A DNA stretch of 63,981 nt, the filler included, from Lenisia limosa (lineage: Eukaryota > Protista > Breviatea): assembly GCA_001655205.1 (NCBI GenBank). It is 14 parts of 14 records of this genome, joined end to end, with 100 filler letters (N's around TTAATTAATTAA, not from the genome) between each part and the next. Parts side by side here need not be neighbours in the genome. Positions count along the whole stretch, not along the records: positions 37,923 to 41,887 come from LPNZ01010180.1; positions 41,988 to 42,997 come from LPNZ01003483.1; positions 43,098 to 55,165 come from LPNZ01001958.1; 11 more parts are not named here. One strand, given 5' to 3'. A model generated the notes under the pieces. It saw only the letters and a program-made list of their open reading frames with translations, was not told the DNA's origin and searched no databases. Within the stretch, counting starts at the first letter, position 1. Each line of letters opens with the position of its first letter. Positions 38,097 to 49,500 of the stretch are shown here, one piece after another. Position numbers and translations under genes: made by a program.

Positions 38097-41000
38097 CTGA
38101 CTCCAGGCACACCAGTAATGCAACATATCGACGAAATCGCAGAAAAACTCTCAGTAGGAAGTGTTATTTAGTCTTCGTTAGTGTCTACTCTTCTGATAGT
38201 ATTGCTTTTGAAAAAAATATGGTAAAAGTTGACGGTTTAGAGACAATACGACTTCAGATTCGACGGTTGGTGTAGGGGCTTCATCGAAATCAGTTCATTA
38301 CAGTTCAGGTATAAATTTGTGTAATGATAACGTGACAATTTTTAGAATTCTCCAGCAATTGCATTATGTCTTTCCTTCCCTCTGATGGATTTTTGTCTTT
38401 TTTTTATTGTATAATTACCGATATACATATATATTTACAAACACCCAAAAGATATCACTAAATGTCACAAAGGTCTTGGCACGATGACAACATTAAGAAC
38501 ATGACAAGATTAATAAGACAATGACAACATTAAGAAGAACAGCAAGATAGTATCGATATTTCTGTTACAATAGTTAAGGGCAGATGCCATATGATATAGT
38601 ATATATGAGCATATTGTCTTGAATTCAAGAGGAATATAGAGTCACCTGACTATCCTCGGATAAAGTTATTCTTTTGATTTCGAGCCTATTAAAACTATTT
38701 TGAATTTTTTTGCAGCAAATTAAAGCTAGTATATACCTCGTTTTTAGATTTTATTTTTTTCCTGGGGGTTCGGGTAAAAATATCCATGTATTTTTCACGG
38801 GCACAAAAAGGCACGAAAAAAAAATCACTTTTTACTTAAAATAATAGAGTATATTTGACCAAAGTGTACTTTGTTGGACCGCCTTTGGCATCAATCAGCA
38901 TATGGAGTCATAATTTCACGACGATAATCAACAGCTTTGTACCTTCCATACCATCACATTACCACCTCCATGCTTGAACGTTGGAACAATATGCTCAAGG
39001 CTTCGATAACACCCTTCTTGCGAACCACATACTGGGCTTTATTAGCACGGAACAGCTCATACTTGGACTTATCAGACCAACAAATTTTGTGCCAATCGGC
39101 AACGGTCGAGTGGTGACGAGCACTACACCATTCAAGACGATGCTGGCGGTTCTTTGCGTTAATTAGAGGCTTCTTGCGTGCTTTATACAGGGAATATTCT
39201 TTGTTCAGTGAGACGACTTAAAATGAGATCCACACTCACAGACAACTCTTTTTTTCTTCTGCAGAATGTCTCGGTGACGGGCGTGAGGGGCTTCTTAAGG
39301 ACTTGCTTTACAATAACAGCACTTGTTCCTTGGTAGTGCTTCGTGGGCGACCAGGCCTCTTCTTAGTGACGAGGCTGTGACNNNNNNNNNNGCACCGTTG
39401 ACACAGGTAGTAGTACCCAAGCGTTTTAGAGCACGATGAATTTGAGTACTTGAGAATCCTTCATGGTAGAGCTGTAAAACTCGATCTTTACAATTAAATT
39501 ATTGGCATTATATATAGTAACTCAATAAAAGGGTTTAAAAAAGCAAAAACAAGTCTTTAATATGTCTTGGGAACTTTTATTTTCGATTTTATTTATACAA
39601 AGTGCAGTTAGTATATTGGAGTAAAAAGTGATTTTTTCGTGCCTTTTTTGTGCCCGTGAAAAATACATGGCCATTTTTGCTCGAACCCCAGAAAAAAAAC
39701 AAAATCTAAAAACGAGGTATACTGGCTTCAATTTGCTGCAAAAAAAATAGTTCTAATAGGCTCGAAATCAAAAGAATAACTTTATCCGAGGATATATTCA
39801 GGTGACTGTAGCAGATACATTATTTTTGCGTAGCTAGCACCTAACAAGATGATTACGTGCCATGACAGTACCACCTGAAAATTCTGTTGCTTGTGTTGGT
39901 TCCTTTTATACTTCGACAATTTTCTTTTACCCCCCCCCCCAGTTTTAATCATGCATTCTTATTATCTGACTGTAAATATTTTCTTCAATTGAAAAAACAG
40001 CATCATAAAACACGTCATATCGTAATATAAAAATGTACACAAGATCCTCAATTCTCACTTGTAAACAGACTCATCCCCACAGGATCATCAAACCCTGGTG
40101 AGGGCGAACATAAAATCCTGCAGCAGTTGTCGTACCTGTCCCCTGGGGAGAGCAGCATTATCTGTACTCCAGATACAGATATGGTGCCTATCCGTATGAT
40201 GGGTACTATTTCTGTGGGGCCAATTGGTGTGGTCACCTAATGTACAGTGACCAGGAGAAGTCTTTCCTTGAGAAGAGCAAATCGGTCAAGACCCGGTCAT
40301 TGTATAATTATACCTAAAAAAAGCCAAGGGGGGGGGGGGTTCANNNNNNNNNNNNNNNNNNNNNNNNNNNNNNNNNNNNNNNNNNNNNNNNNNNNNNNNN
40401 NNNNNNNNNNNNNNNNNNNNNNNNNNNNNNNNNNNNNNNNNNNNNNNNNNNNNNNNNNNNNNNNNNNNNNNNNNNNNNNNNNNNNNNNNNNNNNNNNNNN
40501 NNNNNNNNNNNNNNNNNNNNNNNNNNGGGTATGAGAGGGGGATATGGGGCTTGGCCGACAATTAGGTACATATATCGATATATATTATGCATATATCATA
40601 TAGTGTATATATATGATGACCACCCTTGGGAGAGATATATTTATCCGTGTGGGTAGGGATGGGGGGCTGTTGTAATAATTAGCTGCGTAAGTGATTTTGG
40701 TTTATTGTGTAATGATTCTATAGTTCACTTTGTTTGATCACAATTTAGTCCTATGTAGCTCGATTCGAAACTGTCGGATCATCCTAGATCGGCACCCCAG
40801 TAGGTACTACTATTTAATGATATAATGTTGTATATGTATATAATTCACAAAAGAGAAATGCCGTAAATAGGCTTTTGAAGCAGCTTTCAACATTCGTGTC
40901 AGACCTTTTGTTTATGTAATTATATTTGTGCATTTTTTTGGGACATTATCATCACACCTATCATTTTCCACGTTGTGATATGTATGGTAACTATTCCACT

Positions 41001-41590
41001 CGTATGATAATTGATCTGCAAGTCTTAATGATACTCTATACACTCGGGATGAACCTTCATAGTGATATTGAGGAAACAACCGTGTACCAAAAGAATACTT
41101 CCTGATCATATGACCGACTTTCTAAATGACAATGATCAAAGGCTCCTTCCTACTTGAAAGAACAAGAAATGTAAAAATAACAAGAAATACAGGGGGTCTC
41201 CTAATTTTCATTTTTAATTGTGTAGAAAAGGTCATGATTGATATTGACGGTCTACGAACAGCCCTTATCAAGGAATGGGCCAAAAATAGAAAGTTGCCTA
41301 ATTTGGTAGGTGCAGTAAGTATTTATATTTATCCAAAAAAGAAAAGATTCCTAATTAATTTGGTGAAATATATTCGTATATATGTTGCCCTGAACTGATA
41401 TCGTGACATTTTAAGGTATCTTTTCACTTCAAAATCCTCCAAAAACGGACAATATTGCTAGTTTGTTTCTCAAAGTCAATCTGCTTTTGAACAAATCCAT
41501 CACTCAAAACCACAGGAGCGACAAATGGCTATCCTTACTGACTTTGCTGCCCTGGCGTTTATGTCTGGTTCCGACTACTTGATCAGCAGT
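38097..41590 (+). CDS. Divergent XRN-family 5'-3' exoribonuclease, N-terminal nuclease domain (partial)
   Basis: Exons LTPGTPVMQHIDEIAEKL (cf. ITPGTxFM), GSSNPGEGEHKILQQL (PGEGEHKI signature), VMIDIDGLRTALIKEW, ILTDFAALAFMSGSDYL (cf. DFxFLxFxxGNDFLP), in the correct order. Confidence 0.75.
38639..39808 (-). mobile_element. Tc1-family DNA transposon, internally deleted, ~200-bp TIRs, TA target duplication, in an XRN intron
   Basis: TA|GAGTCACCTGA... at 38637 and ...TCAGGTGACTG|TA at 39810; the two ends are near-perfect reverse complements over about 200 bp; transposase remnants lie between them. Confidence 0.92.
38930..39470 (-). pseudogene. Tc1 transposase remnant (frameshifted, C-terminal catalytic part deleted)
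   Basis: Reads ..KKRPGRPRSTTKEQ (GRPR motif), ARKKPLINAKNRQHRLEWC..DWHKICWSDKSKY (WSDESKF with E>K), HIVPTFKHGGGNVMVW; no downstream DNDPxH/DLNPIE seen. Confidence 0.9.
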
Positions 41591-42177
41591 GTATGTGTGG
41601 CTTGGACAATATTGGGAGTTCGTGATATAAATTTAAGGAAGTAATTGACTAAATTTGAAAATGTTTCGAAAAAGTGTTCCTTTTATAATCTGTCCCGCTT
41701 CTATTTTTAATGAATTCCTCAACTAATTACACGGATTAATCGTAAAAAATCGCTCAGAGCAAACGTCTTTGAAAATTTACGTAAGAACAGTTAAATCTTT
41801 CAGTTCATGAGTCTTCAAAATGCCTGAGATAAGCCTTGGACAAACAATCCAATTATCATTTTAGTGCGTTCTCTTACCTGCTTGGAANNNNNNNNNNNNN
41901 NNNNNNNNNNNNNNNNNNNNNNNNNNNNNNNTTAATTAATTAANNNNNNNNNNNNNNNNNNNNNNNNNNNNNNNNNNNNNNNNNNNNTTGTGTGTGGGGG
42001 AGTGGTTCGTGAAAGTAGGCTTGGAAGACCTCCTCATTCAGCGAGTTACACAGTTCATATTAATTAAATTTAAACCCATCATATGAAGAAATGAGAAATA
42101 TCATCGAGTATGTATCTGACCGAAGACTTTCTGGTATCAAATCGTTTAGTAGCATTGATCCTCCCATCATACCCCAG

Positions 42178-42830
42178 GTTTTTAATATTCGCATTAATTC
42201 AACCAACAACCCCAGGTTCTCGGGGGCAGACCTCTTCGAACCGGACCGGTCGGTGTTTATGGTCTCCTTGGAGAGGGCCTTGCTGGCTGCGGCTTATTAC
42301 CAAAAAAGGTAAGCCAGGCATCCAAATAAGGTAATTTACCATACTTAGACCAACAAAACCACACCTCCCCGAATAGGCAACTTCAGTTACCAGACTGACG
42401 GGCTGAGCACCACTTCTTTTGATGACGCAAGACGCTGGTACCTTTGGTCCTTCGGCTCGACAGGTGAGGGGGTCTTTCACTGTTTCATTTTCCTATCTTT
42501 ACAAGCTCTATTTACTTCTTGATTATTTCACTTTTTTTGTTGTTGTCAACCCTCGTGTACCAGCCAACAGAGTTGATTTGGGGCTTTTTTTATATGTCAC
42601 AAATTTTCCAATTACGCCAATATCCTTCATCAAAACATCCTTCGTTTCATCCCAGTAGCTCCATATCCCAACTCATCCCCCTCCCTCAGGTCAACTCACC
42701 TGGTCAACCGGAGGCGGTATATGGGCCTCGCGAGACGACGGCGTTGTAACCAGCCTCATTTTGGACAGTGAAACTACATCGATATCCCAGGAGGACGTCT
42801 ACTCCATTCCCGATGTGGTGGGTGATAAGT
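42178..42830 (+). CDS. Internal fragment of an uncharacterised gene (possible Asp-box/BNR motif)
   Basis: Exons VFNIRINSTNNPRFSGADLFEP..AAYYQKR|TDGLSTTSFDDARRWYLWSFGST|GQLTWSTGGGIWASRDDG with GT-AG junctions; SRDDG resembles SxDxG only weakly. Confidence 0.4.
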
Positions 42831-42855
42831 AACGGTGTTTGAAACCTTTATCCGT

Positions 42856-42945
42856 TGCTAGACACAGTGTCATAAAGCCAGGTTTATGCGCTGCTAGACA
42901 CAGTGTTATAAAGTCAGGTTTATGCGTTTCTAGACAAATGGTCAT
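42856..42945 (+). repeat. 36-bp tandem repeat, about 2.5 copies
   Basis: GCTAGACACAGTGT(C/T)ATAAAG(C/T)CAGGTTTATGCG unit. Confidence 0.85.
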
Positions 42946-43097
42946 TAAGCCACTATTCAATGTATTGAAACATGTCTTGTTTTTCACCCCCCCCCCCNNN
43001 NNNNNNNNNNNNNNNNNNNNNNNNNNNNNNNNNNNNNNNNNTTAATTAATTAANNNNNNNNNNNNNNNNNNNNNNNNNNNNNNNNNNNNNNNNNNNN

Positions 43098-43558
43098 TGG
43101 TTCATAGAGACCCACAAACTTCTCTTCATCTTCAGCAATGTGGTCTTCGGGGTCGCAAATACCCCCACAATATCTGAGAGAATCCCCGTCTTCATTGTTA
43201 ACGTGACTACTACAACTGTCAATAAACGTAATTATTAGGATATGTAATACGTTGCGCTCAATAAGCTATTCAGGAAGAGAGGTTTAAACCAAACACCCAC
43301 AATGGTTGCGGTTGGCTTGGTGGCTGCTGCTTAGAAGAGTCGGATAACTGTCTTTTAAAGTTGATCACCTTGGGAGATTTTTCTGAAATTTTAGAAAACC
43401 CACCATCTTTTTGACACCTTTGTAAATCCTTTACCTTATTCCTTACCTGAGAGGGAAAAGGAAGGAGATACAACTGTAGCATGTTCAGGAAAAACAGCAG
43501 GCACTGTGGCTGAATTCCTTCTATTTCGTGACCTTGAACTTGAAGATCCTCCTGTCAT
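43098..43558 (-). CDS. 5' fragment of an uncharacterised gene
   Basis: Putative start MTGGSSSSRSRNRRNS and exons VRNKVKDLQRCQKDGG.., NNEDGDSLRYCGGICDPEDHIAEDEEKF; runs into the contig end. Confidence 0.3.
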
Positions 43559-44076
43559 AGACTATGAGAAAAAAACTACTGGTTACAAAACCTAAAGTTT
43601 TGGTGTATTATTACAAAAGTGAGTTATCGTTGAAGCGCGGATATAACACGTTCACGTGTGGACATGAAATTACACAGGAAGTGGGATACTAAAAATTAAC
43701 TTAAAATTTAACAAGTTTTCGGAGAAATTCCGGTGACCACCGAATTTCACAGACCCGTGTCTTTAATTTTAAGTTACGTTTCAGTGATTATTAATCTACT
43801 AGTGTTCCTGTTGTGACAGTTGGATCCATGGATCTTCCTCCAAATTCCCCCAAATTCCTGAAGAAAATAGCACGATATATCATATTTTGAGGCTCAATAT
43901 GTTTCGATTAACGTTACATTTAGCCTTTTTAATAGGAATATTGACACCATTTGCCATTGGCTCACGCGCGGTGGTTGATCAAGGTCTGTTAGAGGCCATT
44001 AAATAAACCCATCCCCTAATTTTAATGTTTATTTCTATTTGCATCAATTACAGTTGAACATACCGCTTATTCCCCC

Positions 44077-46377
44077 TTCCCTCCAGACCTCATCACAGTC
44101 CTATCCAGCCTTTCGAAGACATGGAACCACACTACAGAGGGCATCTTTAGGGACCTGACAGTCGATGACCTAGCGGCCTTCATGCACAACACGCGTCCAA
44201 AGCACGATTGCTCCGTCCGCCTCGTTTCTTCCCTCAGGTGGGGAGGAATGAGAATCCTGTCACAAGCTGCTCTTGATTTGTTGTTTCGAATACTCTTGAT
44301 ATGTTTGCCCAGCATTTACCACTTCAGTAACCCCAGCACGGATTATGCCACAAGTCCCGTTGTGTCGGGTCTGCCTGAAGCCTTCGATGTAACCGAGGAG
44401 TTTAAGAACTGCTCCTTCAACATGGCAATTCGCAACCAAGGTAGGCTTCACGCCGTCCACATGTCTTCCACGTTATCACATAAATAATATTGTAGACAAA
44501 TCATATCACACTGTGTCTTTTTTTTCTACACATTGTTACCTTGATCTTTAAGTTTATCATAAGATGTGTATCTGATTTCAAGCATTATGATATGAACCAA
44601 GTTTTTCAAATATATGATATGATATGTTGCATATATCATAAACAGTGACATGGATATGTCTTGTCCTATTTTTCTTGGGAAATCACATTGCAAATCGGTC
44701 AAGACTTATCCCAGTCACTGTATATATTTTTTAAAAAATAGTTTGTTGTACCTGAGATGTAAACAGAGTCCATGTCCACTAACGCTCCAGCCGCCTGTGG
44801 ATCCTGCTGGGCATTCGGAGGTGGGGTATCTGGTTTTCCTCTTTTGACTACTGATTTGAAGAAAAAAGATTAAAATATATCGATATCAAGGGTTTATCGA
44901 TAAATCCCTCTTTCTTGATATTTTACCTTTGTATCTGATGAAACAGCTGCTGAAACCCTGACTGATCGGTTTTGTATCCAAAAGAAAGTCCGGTCTGTTA
45001 AAGCTACGCTTCTGTCACCTCAGGTACTGCTGATACATTGGGCTCTTTTGACAGCAGGGTTGCAATAGCCTTTAACCAAACAAATGGTTCCTCCCTTACC
45101 TCCGCAGCACATCCTAGACTGCGACACCGAAATGAATGGCTGTAGTGGCGGAGACCCTGTCCAGGCCTGGAAGTGGCTGGAGAAGAACGGCATCGTCTCT
45201 GAGCAGGTGGGGGTATAANNNNNNNNNNNNNNNNNNNNNNNNNNNNNNNNNNNNNNNNNNNNNNNNNNNNNNNNNNNNNNNGGGGTCAAATCTTTTCAAA
45301 ATGCTGATAATGTCCAACTGTCGTGCCAGGTGTTCTTCCTCTTATGTCAGCGGACCGTCATTGATATTTCCTAGTGTTTGCCCTATGTCAGCGGACAAAC
45401 GCGTGAAACTCAGGAATGTACTCCGCATCACTGCCGGTTTGAGGCATTGGGGAGTAGGATTTACAAAACAAAAACCAATACTAGTATAGATTATGGTATT
45501 GACGTTTTTTTGTACTCTATAGAATGCTTTTATGATCATAGTATGGACGTTTTCCTCACTTACGCCATAGAGGTGCAGGGTTATGGCGGGCCTACNNNNN
45601 NNNNNNNNNNNNNNNNNNNNNNNNNNNNNNNNNNNNNNNNNNNNNNNNNNNNNNNNNNNNNNNNNNNNNNNNNNNNNNNNNNNNNNNNNNNNCTGTTCAG
45701 GTCGAGGGCGAAGTGGCTTTAATGAACGAACTACAGACAGGTGGCTGGGTATTTCCAAACATGTTCTGAATAGCTATTGTTCTAACCCGTTTTCTTTGAA
45801 GTGACAAATTCAGGACCAGTTGAGTTGACATTTGAGGTGTTCCAAGACTTCATGGTAAGTCGGCGTTGCAGATGATGATCTGGGTTCACTTCTGCAATTC
45901 TCGAAAAAATGATAGCTGCTTTTTTTTTTTTTTGATGTTATTTGCAATAATGATATTGATTTTTACGAAGCGACTGGCCAGCGCTCTCTTCATTTTTGTT
46001 GCTAAAGCCGTCGTGTGTTAGTTCGCTTAACAATTTACGCATTCACCCTCGACCAGACATACAAGTCCGGCGTGTACCAGCACAAAGCAGGTCGGTCCAT
46101 TGGCTACCATGCGGTCAAGCTGGTCGGGTACGGAGAGGAGGACGGCGTCAAGTTCTGGCGGGTTGCTAACTCCTGGTGGGGGGTCTTTTGGGGAGTGGGA
46201 AGATGGCTGGTTCTTCATGTAATGAGTACGATGACAGACGTTTTCCATTATTTTTCCTTTTGATTACCTAGGGGCACGACCTGGGGCGAGAAGGGATACT
46301 TCCGCATTCTTCGCGGCAGCAACGAGAGCATGATTGAGGGCTACGGCGCCGTAGGGGATGCAGGCAGGGTTATGTAA
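44077..46377 (+). CDS. CTSB: Cathepsin B-like papain-family (C1A) cysteine protease; first exon not located
   Basis: Propeptide (KTWNHTTEGIF), LPEAFDVTEEFKNC..IRNQG|ACGSCWAFG (catalytic Cys), LLSPQHILDCD..GCSGG, GPVELTFEVFQDFM|TYKSGVYQH..GYHAVKLVGYG (His)..WRVANSW|GTTWGEKGYFRILRGSNE; TAA at 46375-46377. Confidence 0.95.
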
Positions 46378-46508
46378 TCTTTGTCACTTTCGACGAGGGT
46401 TATGAATCGTTATTGTTTGTAGAGTTATGAGAAAGGGGAGGGTAATGGGGATGGACGTGCTACCAAGGAATTGAACAATAGAAACCATGAATAAAATAAT
46501 CTATACCC

Positions 46509-49500
46509 CTAGGCCTTGCCAGTGTATTTGACGTCTGTTTGCCACTTCGCATACAGCGCCTTGAGAGCAGGCCGAAGGTTGCCTGCGGTGTGATAAATGG
46601 AAGAAACAAAGGTAATAACCGGGGATGTATTATCATTTAAAGTAAATGTGAAGTGAGAAATGCGAAATCAAAAAGGAGGGAATATATATACTATATAGTA
46701 TATATAGTATATGATATGCGAAGTCCCCCACGCACTTTGCAAAGATTTGGACAAGGCAATCCTATCCTGGTCTGACAGAGTGGCGAGAAGAGCCATGGCT
46801 GGTTTGACCAGGACGGCTGTGTGTGATGCTCTGCGGAGTGAATGGGCAAGATGCAAAAAGAAGTAAACAAGACATTTTATAAATAGAAAAAAAAAGGGGG
46901 GGGGGGANNNNNNNNNNNNNNNNNNNNNNNNNNNNNNNNNNNNNNNNNNNNNNNNNNNNNNNNNNNNNNNNNNGGCAGCTGCAATATAGTCGGCCATCAG
47001 CTGGATGTAGGCAAATGTGGGGGCCTGGGAGATTTATGTTACAAAATACCACAATTCGATATTACATAATATGACCCCCACTCCGCGAACCTTTTGCTCA
47101 GTCAATTTGGTAACAGACTCCACACATCTTGAAATATCACGTGCACACTGTGGGGTCAGAGTACGACCAGGTGGCCTTGGCAACAATATCAGTCTTTTCA
47201 ACATTTTGCATTACTTACAAAAAACAGGTTGAGCTATTTGCTACACAACAGTATTAATTTGAACCTGATACCCGCATTCCTCATTGTTTTAAATCCTATG
47301 AAACATCGATATGGCCACGGTCCTTTCTGCCCTTGGTCCCCACCTGCAAATCCATAGCGGTGTGTTCATAGTGCACGGTGCCAGGGTCATTAAGGGCGAT
47401 TTTGAGGAGGACGCGAACCAGAGAGATGAGCAGCGAGCGGGCTTGGAGGCAGGTGGTGGGGTGTCTGGATGGTTGTGAGCACAACAGAAGCAAATCATGG
47501 TCATGGATGGGGCGAAAAGATACCAAACAGCACATTTCCATGCACCCATGAACACGAACCTAGTGAAGAGCTTAGCAAGGGCCTGGGTCACACCCTTGGT
47601 CACAGTAGACAGGGTCACGTGCTGAGGAGTCAATAGTGGCGGGGTTCTGGTTTTCTTCTCCACTTTTATNNNNNNNNNNNNNNNNNNNNNNNNNNNNNNN
47701 NNNNNNNNNNNNNNNNNNNNNNNNNNNTGGGGGGAGGGGTAGACGACACAAGGGAATGGTTCTCCAAAAGACCAATACCAACAAAAATGAAGAAATGAGT
47801 AAAAGGGTACTTGCGTCAGGTGATATTGATGGTAGTCGTACAAACAACACTTGCAATAACATAGCAGACACCGTGACTGTGTAAGTCTTTACCCACAATG
47901 TCATAGTTACCTTCAGGACAAGCAGTCTTACCATGGTCACATTATAACAGCCCCAACCTTATTCATGAGGGACTCAGACGGTGAGCGAGCAGCTAAGGTG
48001 GCCAGTCCATTGAGGGTCTGAAGGACCGTTCCTACCTTTGCAAGGTCCATGTGGAAGTACTGCGTTATTAGTTGGGAACATACGACGCTGATCGCAACAA
48101 AGACACCCACACACACACACACACACACACAAAAAGCAAAAACAAAAAACAGTCCTCCCCCCCCCCAACATTGGGCTTATCAAGGAGGGTGTTGAGACTT
48201 TTTGTGAGCGACAGAAATGCCAGAGAGTCACCCAGAGGCTTTTGTGGCTGAGCAGTGAGATGGGGGGGGGGGGGGNNNNNNNNNNNNNNNNNNNNNNNNN
48301 NNNNNNNNNNNNNNNNNNNNNNNNNNNNNNNNNNNNNNNNNNNNNNNNNNNNNNATTACCAATCAGTCAGGAAAAGAAATGACAAAAATGGATAATTAAA
48401 GAAGCCTCCTGAGAACTCACGTTTTTCCAGACATCCTTGAGAGAAAGCTCGACTTCCGCTTCCTCCTCTTCTTCATCAATGCCATCATCAACGGTTGTAT
48501 CAATCTCATTAACTTCCTAATTTGGTAAGTGATAAAAAGAAAAAGAAAACAATGAAACAACCAAAACAACCCAGGCTACACCGGGCCAAACCTCTTCAAT
48601 AGCGCTCTGTTCAGCAGTCTCATTAGCGGGCAGTTTCCACTGCGAGGCTTCTGAACCGCTTCCGACACACATTATCGATGACGTCATCATCGACGGTAAC
48701 AAACTGTCAGCAAACTTGCGCAAGCTCGCGGACCTGAGAAATGAGCTTCTGAAGAAAACAAATGATTGCTGAGAATAAGAAAGAGCACCCAATAAAATTA
48801 GGGACATAGTATAATATACGAAAAACACATAATATATGAATATATATATTATGTTTGTGAGCAACTATGAAGAGACAAGGGGGGGATAATGGGTATTGAA
48901 GACTTTATTTAGACTAATATGATGGATACTTTCAAGTGTACCCATAATGCCACATCACAGAGCACATTATTCCCCGGCAAATACGCACCGGTGGTGAGGG
49001 CTGACAAGACAAGTGGCGAGGGTGTCACTGAGAATGCAGGCGGCTCGGCGGCGCAGCACAGCAACGCTGGCTCCGGCCTGTGGGGTTATTGGGTATTGGT
49101 TTCGGATGGTGAAAGCGTATTAAATGAAGAAAGCTTAAGGGGAAGTGTCAAAAAAATAATAGGAAATGTTGATGAACACTGGCTTTTAGGGTCGCGGGAG
49201 GGGAGTAAAATTGGAAAATTTATGAAACAAAAAAAACCCCAAATCAGCTCTGTTCGCTGATACACAAGGGTTGATAACAACAAAACCAACAAAGCCCAGT
49301 CGCTTCTGCAGCACCGCATCTCGTAATGGAGAAGTTAACAACATAATCTCTTAATCATTTCGTTGACCATTTCTTGTATCATCGTAGTTACCCAGTATTT
49401 TCTCGCAATCAAATTGTCAGCCCACCTCAACGTAAGGCACAGGTGTCGTGATTTCGCCGCACAGGGCTGAAATGAGGCCTCGCGGGTTATCACAGGTTTG

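Noticed and set aside
43655-43810. Weak inverted repeat (AACTTAAAATT/AATTTTAAGTT) upstream of cathepsin B
   Set aside because: AT-rich, short and single-copy; cannot be distinguished from chance.
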